A stretch of 41,398 nt of DNA, taken from contig JAAPAO010000304.1 of NCBI GenBank assembly GCA_013115145.1, positions 1 through 41,398 on the forward strand. Direction: 5' to 3'. A program made the position numbers and the translations under genes. The stretch comes from Perkinsus chesapeaki ATCC PRA-425 (Eukaryota; Protista; Perkinsozoa). Positions within the stretch are counted from its first letter, which is position 1. Every line of letters begins with the position of its first letter. The notes under the pieces are model-generated. The model was not told where the DNA came from. It made no database searches and saw only the letters and a list, made by a program, of their open reading frames with translations. This document shows positions 1-10,177 of the stretch, in pieces.

Positions 1-292
1 GAAAGAAAGTGGCCAGGGAAGAAAAAATGTGGCCAGAAGTAGAAAAATTTGTGGCTCGCGCGAAGATGACGCGTTCCTTTCCCGTGCTGTCACAGCGGCA
101 GCGGCGGCGGTGTGAGTATCATGGTTGGTTTGTAGTAGACTAGGAAGCCAACCTTTGTCAGGCTCTGGAGGAATTGAAGTGCCGCCGCCGCTCGTGGGAT
201 AATCGAACTCGCGTCCTCCTCCTCTTTGAGCTGCATTACAATGGCACACTTTAACGCGTTGAAGGTTGAATAGTCTTTATATTTAAATAATA

Positions 293-3072
293 ATGTATTA
301 TCGTATTATATACGATTGGTTTAATGATACTTGTTCTAATATAACAAGGAAATTACCATTAGCTGATGCATTACAAGTAATAGAGTATAATAACATATTA
401 TTAATAATATAATAGGTAAATGATACTAAAGGAGACAATAATGATACAAATAACAACAACCAACAAGAAGCATCACACAATCATTTAAAAAGATGTCTTG
501 GTTTAGGAGAGGTATTACTAATAATTATAATAAATAATACAATATCAGATAATAAGCTTTGGTGTTAGTAATACTGTCGGTAGTGGTATATTTGTCGTTA
601 TTGGATCAGTAGCCATGCAGTAATATAATAGAAATATATAGTGATTAAGATGTATTTTAGATATAGTGGCTCTGGACTATTTATATCAATGTTTTTGGCA
701 GTATTAGTATCATTATTATCAGCATTATGTTATGCTGAATTATCATCTAAAATACCAGCAGCAGGCCAGGTCTATACGTATTTATATACCAATAATATAC
801 CACCATACTTGCCTATCATTATAGGTATACATATGTTTGTATGGGTGAGCTTATAGGCTTTCTTAGTGGTTGGTTAACATCAGTACCGTAATAATAATGA
901 TATTATTATTGATACTTTTTAATATAAGATACTGTTTCTCATCAGCTGCAGTAGCTAGAGGTTGGGGTGGGTATGTTAAAAGTTTTATCCATGCTTTAAC
1001 AGGTAGTAGTAACAATGCTTATTATTTTACCATTATACTCTTATATAGGTTATACTCTTCCATCTATATTCTATGGTGGCTGCTGTTCTAATAATATTAT
1101 ATCTATATCATTATTAGGCCCTATACTATGCCTATTATGTATTAATATTATCACTAACATATATTATATAGTAATATTATTATAGGTACAATGGTGTCAT
1201 TATCGGGTGTTAAAGAATCAGCATCATTAAGTTATATAATGGCATGTATTAATTGTATAGTATTGGTTACTATATCTATATATGGTGTTATAAGGTATAA
1301 TATAGATTATCAATAGTATAATTATCATTAGCCTAATGGCATTAGGTATGGTGATTCATCTAATTTTGGTAGTCCATGGTTATCGAATCCTGATGATAAT
1401 GATGATGCTATAGATGGTATAGGAGGTGTAGGGCAGTATCATTATTAGTTATATTATTATATTAATAGGTATTACGTGGTTCGGGTTTAGCATTCTTTTG
1501 CTGTGTTGGTTGGGATGCTGTATGTACTTTAAGTGAGGAGGTTAAAGATAGTAAAAAGGATATTCCTAGGGGCATTATGGGTAATAATACTTGTTAATAG
1601 TGCTAATATATTAATATAGGTACACTTGTAATAGTAGCCTTACTATATGTTGGATTATCAATATCATTCTCTTTAATAGTACCTGTTGATAGTATTGATA
1701 TTAAAGCACCATTAGCAGGGGCCTTCCAGTACAAATAATCATAACTAGTCCTTGTATTATAATATTAGATATCATAATGATTTCTATGGATATATAGCTG
1801 TATCATTAGCAGCTACGACTGTTTGTAAGTAGTATTAGTATAGATATAGTGTATTACTATTATTGTGTTATAGGTATACCAAGTGTTATGGCTGGTATAG
1901 TAAGCCAACCTAGGATATGGTATAGAATGGCATTAGATGGTCTATTATATGATAACTTCGCTAAGCTAAATGTTAATGATATACCTGTAGTTGGTAATAA
2001 CTACATATAACAATAACAAGACATAACTTCAACTTTAATTAGGTACAGTAGTATGTGGTATTATGGCTACTATATTATCGGGGTTATTAAGATTTGATTA
2101 TCTTGCTGGTATGGTTAGTTTAAGTAATAATTACTGTATGTATTATATATTATAATATATAGGTTCACTATTATTATTAACATTAGTATGTATATGTGTA
2201 ATAATAATACGTATTGATACTATACATAGTATTACACCATATCCAGCAGCAGCATACTATATACGGAAATCTTTGGCCATATATGTAACATTGTCACCAC
2301 CATTAACGACACTCAGTAATAATATATCCCTTTCTAGACCATTTCATCGATCCTACTACATTACCTTATAATACTCATTGGTATTAATAATACATATGTT
2401 ATTATTATTGGTATTATCAATTTAATAACATTCATTATAACATTGATACTATATAACTATGGTATGACTAAGTTACCTAGTAATAGTCTTACTGACCCCA
2501 GGATAACAAGAGGAAGAAGTGTATATGAGTATGGGTAGTAGTAGTGTTAGGGTAGATACTGAGTATATTAGTTGTTATTACGGTATTAGGGGGATAATGG
2601 ATAGACAACCATTACTGGCTGATGATAATACAACAACAACAGCAGCAGAAGCAATAGTAGGGTACTCCACCTCAGATGATAGTCGTACCACAGTTGCTAG
2701 TGAATGTGATTTAGCTATAAGGATACAACATTGGGGAAATAATGATAATAAAGGTGGTGATGATGGTGGACCACCATTGGTGGTGGTTGTAGTTGTTGTT
2801 GTTGTTGTATTAATATACTTAGTCTTAGGATTCCTATGTCCATGGGTACCTATAATACCATTAATAGGTATATGGATTAATTCATATTTAATAGCATCAT
2901 TAGGTATAACAGCAATATTATTAACATTAGGATGGCTAGTAAGTACTACTACTACTATTGTTGTTGTTGTCCCCTATATTGTGTTATATATTATTAGTTT
3001 ATTGGTATTATACTATACCTTACCTATGGTCAACAACATAGTCTTCTTAACGACCTTGCCACCACCACCTAA
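293..3072 (+). CDS. Cationic amino acid transporter (APC/SLC7 CAT family), multi-exon, copy 1
   Basis: Manually spliced exons give HLKRCLGLGE, GVSNTVGSGIFV, LCYAELSSKIPAAGQVY, SSAAVARGWGGY, FFCCVGWDAVCTLSEEV and a CAT C-terminal segment CPWVPIIP...FIGIILYLTYGQQHSLL, ending at TAA 3070-3072. The start at ATG 293 is tentative. Confidence 0.88.
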
Positions 3073-3208
3073 TACCACCGCCCACCTCCCCCACGCAACA
3101 TCATCATCATCATCGTTCTGTTCCTATTTCCACATGATGGCCTATTGGTCTCCGCCTCCGCCGCCGCCCTACTACTACGGCGGTACTACTATCATAAACT
3201 CTAATTAT

Positions 3209-3249
3209 TTTTGTCCCTCCTCCTCCTCCTCCTCCTACTCCTTTGCTAG
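3209..3249 (+). promoter_or_regulatory. Polypyrimidine tract ending in AG; candidate spliced-leader trans-splice acceptor for CAT copy 2
   Basis: tttttgtccctcctcc...cctactcctttgctAG, about 90 nt before ATG 3337. Similar tracts occur at 214-230 (+) and 32349-32380 (-). Confidence 0.35.
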
Positions 3250-3336
3250 AATCATGTAATGGTCTCCTCATCATTATCAATATTGTGTTAATAGTTACCA
3301 TTTTTTATAGTGTACCTGTTATTACTACTTACCTTG

Positions 3337-6129
3337 ATGAGTATTGTAAGTGGTAGTAGTGGGGTTGTTGGTGCAACTGGATCAGGTATTACTAGCCACA
3401 ATGTGAAGGACAGTAAAGGAGGTAATACATCTCCTCCGCCACCACCACCATTTTATTATTATTGTAATATTAGGGATATTATACAAGATGGGTAGACGTC
3501 AACCATTATCAGTAGTATTGGCATCTGAGGGTAGTAATAACGATGGTGATAATAGCGGTGCTGGGTTAAAGAAGTGTCTTGGTCTACCTGAGGTAGTAGT
3601 TATAATAATAATAGTATCATTATGTATATATAATTATTAGGTTATATCCTTTGGTATTAGTACTACTGTTGGTAGTGGTATTTTTGTAACAGTTGGTATT
3701 ATAGCTGTGAAGTAGTGATCACAATAATAATATCCTATTACCCATCATCATTATTAAATATCTATTATATTTAGGTTTAGTGGTCCAGCTTTATTTATAT
3801 CATTTCTGGTTGCTATTGCTGGATCATTATTGTCAGCATTTTGTTATGCTGAGTTCGCTGCTAAAATACCAGTAGCAGGGCAGGCTTATACGTAATAGTT
3901 GAAAGATGATGACGATATGAAGAATACTAATAATAATATTACTATTATGCCTACTATTTAGATATAGCTACGTCTGTATTGGTGAATTAGCTGGATTTAT
4001 AAATGGATGGCTATCAACAATACCGTAATAATAATAAATGATAATACTAGTAATACCGTAATAATATTAGATACTGTATAGCATCAGCTGCAGTAGCTAG
4101 AGGTTGGGCTAATTATGTACAATGCTTTATACAAGCAGCGTTCAATGTATCATTACCATTATGGATGTATGCAACACCAACACAATATGGTATTATATCA
4201 TATTCATTCCTAGCTCCAGCTCTATGTGCTATATGTAATAACAATAATAATAGCAATAACCCTACTACTACTATTACTGTTGTTATAAGGTACATTGATA
4301 TGTCTATCTGGTGTTAAAGAGAGTGCTACCTTTAGCTTTGGAATGGCCTGCCTTAATGTTTTCCTATTGCTTGTTTTCTCTATATACGGATCATATATGT
4401 AATAATAATATAATATATATTAGGTTATAATACCACATATTACTATATTAGGTACGGTGATGTTGGTAATATGGAACCCTTTACTTTACCTAATGATGAA
4501 GCTGCTGATGGTATTGGAGGATTTGCTGGTGTAATAGAATCCAACTATAATAATAACTATTATTACTATTAATAGGTATTACGTGGTTCGGGTTTAGCAT
4601 TCTTTTGCTGTGTTGGATGGGATGCTGTATGTACTTTAAGTGAGGAGGTTAGGAATCCAAAAAGAGATATACCATGGGGAATAATGGGTAATAACAACAA
4701 ATATAATATTATTATTGATAATAGTAGCTGTTATAGTAGTAGTATAATAATAGGTACATTACTTATAGTAGCTATACTATATTCTATGTTATGTATTACA
4801 TTATGTTTAATGGTACCAATAGATAGTATTGATTTAAATGCTCCACTTGCAGCAGCATTTCAGTATTAATAATAATATTATACTTAACTATTATTATTAT
4901 TATATAATTCAGATATCATCATGATAATTGGGGATATATTCTAACATCATTAGCAGCAACAACAGTGTGTAATAATAATAGACTAGTATAATGTATCTAA
5001 TACTTATCATTATTATAGGTACACCAAGTGTAATGAGTGGTATAGTAGGACAACCACGTATATGGTATAGGATGGCATTGGATGGTTTATTATTTAAACC
5101 ATTTGCTAAGTTAAGTTCACAAGATGTACCAGTTATAGGTAATACATCACCACAACAACAACAGTAGTAATACGGTTAGTGCTCGGGTGATAGGTACTAC
5201 GATATGTGGTATAATAGCAACACTATTATCAGCTGTATGCGATTTTGAACCATTAGCAGGGATGACTAGTTTCAGTAATATAATTGTTATATATCTATCT
5301 TATTATTATTATCACTATTTTAATAGGTACATTAGCTATGTTTACTCTTGTTAATGCTGGTATTATATTAACTCGTGCTGAAGAATATTTTACAAGAAGT
5401 GGTAGACCATGTCATACTACCAATATAACATATTCTTTATCAGTCTTCGTAATAATAATAACAATATATAACCTCACCTCTATCTCCTCTTTACACGTTT
5501 ATCAGTTTATCCTATCAATCACGTTCCACTACGTTATGTTGCTACATGGTCTATTAACATTTTCCACTATATGTATTGGTACCCTAGATCTTGCTAGTTT
5601 TGCTTGGGTACTTTATGCATATTATACAGCTATAACGTCAACTACAAGAAAGACATCCAGTCTTGCTATTAACATTGATGGGTATTATCATTATTCATTT
5701 AACCTTCCCATGTATTGTTAACTCCTACTTCAGATGTACGCAGCCTCTTGTTGGTGATAATACCACGAAGAATGCCACCAGCAGCACCTCTGAAAAAGAT
5801 AATAATGATAATAATATGCTAGGCATGCAGACACTTTATCTACCTTTAGGTGCCTCAGGTATGAGTGCTGCTGCTGTTGCTTCTGATGATAACCATTTTC
5901 GTTGCCCTTGGGTACCAGTATTACCAGCTGTTGCTGTATGGGTTAATTGTTATCTTATGGCATCACTAGGCATTCAAGCATTAGTTATGGTTACTGTATG
6001 GCTGGTAAGTATAATAATGTTTTATAACTCCAACACCGCTATCAACAACATCAACATCATTATAATCATCAGGTCCTCGGATTAGGGGTATATCTCACTT
6101 ATAGCGCCAAGCATAGCAAACTAAACTAA
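3337..6129 (+). CDS. Cationic amino acid transporter (APC/SLC7 CAT family), multi-exon, tandem copy 2
   Basis: Paralogous exons LKKCLGLPE, GISTTVGSGIFV, FCYAEFAAKIPVAGQAY, FFCCVGWDAVCTLSEEV, CPWVPVLPAVAVWVN and GLGVYLTYSAKHSKLN*. Most intron positions checked match copy 1. Confidence 0.88.
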
Positions 6130-6539
6130 TTGATATTCACATGCTGTTGATAATGATAATAAAGGAAAATATGTTGATATGATATCATCCGTTATTGTAG
6201 AATTGGCAATTGTCGGGTTTTATCACATACTCATCATCGTCATTGCTGCCTTACATTTATATAGACCCTCTATCATTAAAGGTGATGGGGTTATACAACA
6301 ACAATGAAAACAATAACAACGGCAATTCTGTTTCATCGCCTATTCTACCTTCTGCTGCCGTTAGTAATAGTTGTGACACTGCACTTTTCCTCCTTGTCTC
6401 CCTTATATCTCACAATTTTCTCTGCCAGCTACTTAGCTACTTGTTGAAGCCCTTAGCTATGACTATTTATGTGTTGTGTTCACAGTTGGTTACATAACAC
6501 GACCAGAATCACGGCCTGTTGAACAACATATCGAAGAGA

Positions 6540-6557
6540 GGGACAAATTACACAATC
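6540..6557 (+). promoter_or_regulatory. Candidate cis-element upstream of ENT copy 1 (GGGACAAATTACACAATC)
   Basis: 16/18 match to 26041-26058, which lies upstream of the paralogous ENT. Confidence 0.45.
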
Positions 6558-6619
6558 AAATGTCAGGAAATAAAAATAGGCTAGCTAACGTAATCAAACA
6601 TCCATCGGTTAAATAATCT

Positions 6620-7903
6620 ATGTTACCATCACTTAAGAATGATGAGAAGAGTTCGGAAATTGAGATGAACGGTATCCTCGAGGATACTAAAAGCTCCGAA
6701 AAAGCCAATCCGGCAATTGATATATGGTTGCTTCTACAAATGGGCATGTTCGGTTTTGTGGCCTTGTCACCATGGAACTTTGTATTAGCTGAATTGGGCT
6801 ATTTGAACGGTAAATTTGAGCACTACTTTGGTTCAGCGTTACCACTACTCTATGGAGTTGCTGTGAATATAACTCAGGTATTTCTCATCTGGTATGGTAA
6901 CAGGTTTTCTTTTCAACCTAGATTCGTGATTGGATGTATTCTGCTGTCCATTTTCCCGTTCATCCTCGGTACTATCGCCATGACTATTGGTAATGACAAC
7001 TCTATTGATAATACTGGTCTTGGTTTTGGTCTCGGACTAGTTTGTGTATATTTCCTTGGTACTGGATATGCACTACTGGAGTCGTCAGCTCTGGGATTAG
7101 CTGCTTTATGTTCTCCAAAGTGTATTGCAGCAATAATGGTTGGTGAGGGTGCCAGTGGCTTATTGGGCTGGCCTATAAATACACTCCTTAATTTGATATT
7201 AAATGCATCTGATATTCAGCGTGTTTCGGAGTGGAGATGCTTTATCTTCCTAATCATAAGTTCTTTGATAGCACTTATTATCATACCGATGTTCCGTTTT
7301 AGTACATCTAAGCATCCATATATGATGAAGGTGTTAGAAATAGAGAGAACAAGAAAGAAAGGTGGTCTAGCCTCGAGGCAGACCCGAAGACCAATTCTCA
7401 GTATTGTGCTAGATGTTCTGCCTATTGCTTTCTGTGTCTGGTTAACCATGACTGTAACTTTCACTGTATTTCCTTCACAAGTCGTGTTATGGAAGTCATC
7501 TGATCCTTCTAATGTTGGTTTCATTGCCCAAGTCACTTACACATTTCAAGTTGTAGACACAATTGGGCGCTTTCTCCCAAGTGTTCTGCCTAATCTTAAA
7601 ACACGTTATTTATTCATCTATGTTATTTCACGTATAATCCTGATACCATTATTTATATGTACTGCTGAATATTCTACTATCGCACCATTCAATGAAGATT
7701 GGTTCATGCATATGGAGATGGGTGTGTTAGCCTTTACTAATGGAACTTGTGTGACTATGTCGATGGTTGCAGGGCCTTCAAGAGTTCCAGATGATGAAGC
7801 AGAACGGGAAGTAGCTGGATATACTATGTCATTTGGAATTGTCAGTGGTATACTTTTCGGTAGCATTTTCGGCCTACTAACCAATATTGGTTTAGGCCAG
7901 TAA
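6620..7903 (+). CDS. Equilibrative nucleoside transporter (ENT/SLC29), intronless
   Basis: 427 aa multi-TM ORF with ENT motifs GFVALSPWNF, MVGEGASG, TFTVFP, DTIGR and FTNGTC...M..GP. Confidence 0.92.
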   Translation: MLPSLKNDEKSSEIEMNGILEDTKSSEKANPAIDIWLLLQMGMFGFVALSPWNFVLAELGYLNGKFEHYFGSALPLLYGVAVNITQVFLIWYGNRFSFQPRFVIGCILLSIFPFILGTIAMTIGNDNSIDNTGLGFGLGLVCVYFLGTGYALLESSALGLAALCSPKCIAAIMVGEGASGLLGWPINTLLNLILNASDIQRVSEWRCFIFLIISSLIALIIIPMFRFSTSKHPYMMKVLEIERTRKKGGLASRQTRRPILSIVLDVLPIAFCVWLTMTVTFTVFPSQVVLWKSSDPSNVGFIAQVTYTFQVVDTIGRFLPSVLPNLKTRYLFIYVISRIILIPLFICTAEYSTIAPFNEDWFMHMEMGVLAFTNGTCVTMSMVAGPSRVPDDEAEREVAGYTMSFGIVSGILFGSIFGLLTNIGLGQ

Positions 7904-8357
7904 GGTGGACTATAACTTCTAACTACCTCAAGTCTACTATGTTTAATTTCTAGTGTATTCAGTCTTTTTTAGTTGAGACTATAATTACCTTGCGTTGTCA
8001 ATCATAGGGCGTTGTGGGGTATACAACTTCCATAAGGATTATGCTTCTACTACTAGCATTCTCTATTTGCCTTATACATACTCTACACTCAAAACTCAAC
8101 AACCAGCTATGTCTGAAACTAAAGTGTTCACTGAGCAGAAATAGGGTTCGCGTAGGAGATACCCTTAGAAGTGAACAACGTGTTTGTGGGAAGTAAACTT
8201 GAGTAACTATCAACTGTAGCAATGGGTAACAGTTTATGTGCGAAGTTTAGGGAATGGACAGAATTGGGGGAACGGCAACAAACCACGTGTCGCTATACAG
8301 ATATCTTATGAGATATCATAAAACTTAGAATCTTCCGAGAATAGAAGTGTAACTAGA

Positions 8358-10112
8358 TTATACACTCTCTACCGAGGAAGCTGATGTAGATGGGAACTTC
8401 GACGGAACCATACCATCCACGGTATCCCTGGACTGATCGATATTAACATATCTTTTTGGCCAGAAAAGTCGCCAAGGATGAGTAAGGCTATCCCAGTTGA
8501 AGACCACGCGTACATGCTCATTGGAGTTTGAAGATCGAATAGACAGATCATCATCACCTCCATCATCGACCTCTTTGCGATTACGGAACATAGGGAATAA
8601 GCAGATAACGTATTTTAGCAGAGGGTTTTCCTCATGCATATTACTATCATCCAACTTAGTCCGCATTATGTTACCATATCGAAAGAGTGCAATACCAATA
8701 AGAATTATAACGAGAGTAAGCCACTCAAGCCACGTAACAGTACTTCGACCGATAATAGGCCAACTTATCAGGGAGAATATAGCTGCTAATGGTACAGTTA
8801 TCTTGTTGCATACAAATGTGAGTAAACTAGAGCCATAAGAAATAAGCAAATAGATATTCACATTATAGAGAAGGTTAAAGCATAAATATACAACAAGAGC
8901 TTGCCATGCACCATCGGCGTTAGCTAGGGTCTCAAAACCATCGGCAAAGTGCTCCATGATGGGAATATTAGATCCTTGTGTTCTGATAAGCTCTACGATG
9001 AGATTAAGTGGGAATGTCCATACGCAGCCGAAAGTATTACTCGAACTGCTTACGACAAAGACATTAAGATTAACTTCCTCCCGACCTATTTCAGTGGCAT
9101 ATCTTGTATAGGCACGGAACATGCACTCTTTTAGTACAAATCCTAATGCTTGGAATATAGTAGAAATAAGGCATATAATTGCCATTATAACACTACTATC
9201 TCCATCAGTTGTAGATGATGTAGCTACTGATACTAAAGCCATTGCAATAACAATAGCAACACCAAATACTTCTACAAATGTATATCTATCACGCAAGAAT
9301 ATTAAAGACCACATTAAAGTAAAAGGCACCATTCCTTGTTGTAATAAATTAAATACAACAATAGATAGATAGGGTTGAGTTAAGAACATAAATATTTCAC
9401 CAAGGCAATCGGATATAGCCGCAAAAAAGGTATAACGGCATCCCGGTAGAGACTCCCACCATATATTTATAATGGACCACCAACGATGGTACCAACTCAT
9501 ATTGGATTTAATAATAGTCTCATGACGAATTCTTAACTCATCTCTAGGAGGGAAAGTCCAAGTCCATTTAAGTTGTTCTAAAGGTATCTTACCCATAGTA
9601 TACATAACAATAACACCAATCCAATAAACAATGCAATAGGTAACTTGGCTTATCATAGAGGTAATAAAACCAGAATATTCACCAAGAGGTTGAGAGCGTA
9701 TTTTACCAGCAATAGCATTAGCAGTTCCAGTAATAGCTAATGATATCATAAGTGTTGGAATGATCCATCGACCAACACCAGTTTTCCGGGGTTTACTCTC
9801 CTCCTGCTGTTGTTGTTTATAACTCTCCGTAGTAGTCTCCAATGACCGTGAAGAGACTGATGCCATTGATGTTTGTGTATCAATTTCGTTATGCAATGCA
9901 GTGGGTTGCGCACTCGCCATTGGAACAAATAAAAGGAGAAAAACCAAAGTCTGTAATAAAAAGTCAGAAGAGGAGCTGCGGGACATTTTGTGTGAATTTT
10001 GTGTCAGTTGTCCCCTTCTTCCTTGCTGAATTGTCCCTGTACATCTACCAACTAGACAACATATCATCAGAGGTGAAACGAAGTTGACGATGATAAAACT
10101 GGTATAAACCAT
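8358..10112 (-). CDS. CRT-like (chloroquine resistance transporter family) transporter, intronless, copy 1
   Basis: 584 aa ORF with a multi-TM DMT-like pattern: NAIAGKIRSQPLGEYSGFITS, FNLLQQGMVPFT, FVLKECMF, YGSSLLTFVCNKITVPL. In-frame ATGs lie at 10112, 10067, 9986 and 9920; the true start is uncertain. Confidence 0.82.
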   Translation of the reverse strand: MVYTSFIIVNFVSPLMICCLVGRCTGTIQQGRRGQLTQNSHKMSRSSSSDFLLQTLVFLLLFVPMASAQPTALHNEIDTQTSMASVSSRSLETTTESYKQQQQEESKPRKTGVGRWIIPTLMISLAITGTANAIAGKIRSQPLGEYSGFITSMISQVTYCIVYWIGVIVMYTMGKIPLEQLKWTWTFPPRDELRIRHETIIKSNMSWYHRWWSIINIWWESLPGCRYTFFAAISDCLGEIFMFLTQPYLSIVVFNLLQQGMVPFTLMWSLIFLRDRYTFVEVFGVAIVIAMALVSVATSSTTDGDSSVIMAIICLISTIFQALGFVLKECMFRAYTRYATEIGREEVNLNVFVVSSSSNTFGCVWTFPLNLIVELIRTQGSNIPIMEHFADGFETLANADGAWQALVVYLCFNLLYNVNIYLLISYGSSLLTFVCNKITVPLAAIFSLISWPIIGRSTVTWLEWLTLVIILIGIALFRYGNIMRTKLDDSNMHEENPLLKYVICLFPMFRNRKEVDDGGDDDLSIRSSNSNEHVRVVFNWDSLTHPWRLFWPKRYVNIDQSRDTVDGMVPSKFPSTSASSVESV

Positions 10113-10135
10113 TTCTGATTTACTGACTGCTTAGG

Positions 10136-10136
<1 letters not shown>

Positions 10137-10163
<27 letters not shown>
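10137..10163. repeat. (GAT)9 microsatellite between the two CRT-like genes
   Basis: Perfect trinucleotide run read directly from the sequence. Confidence 0.85.
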
Positions 10164-10166
<3 letters not shown>

Positions 10167-10177
10167 TGGGAGCTCTA

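Noticed and set aside
1081-1140. Apparent frameshift in CAT copy 1 (pseudogene)
   Set aside because: On re-reading, the exon is in frame (CCSNNIISISLLGPILCLL) and aligns with copy 2.
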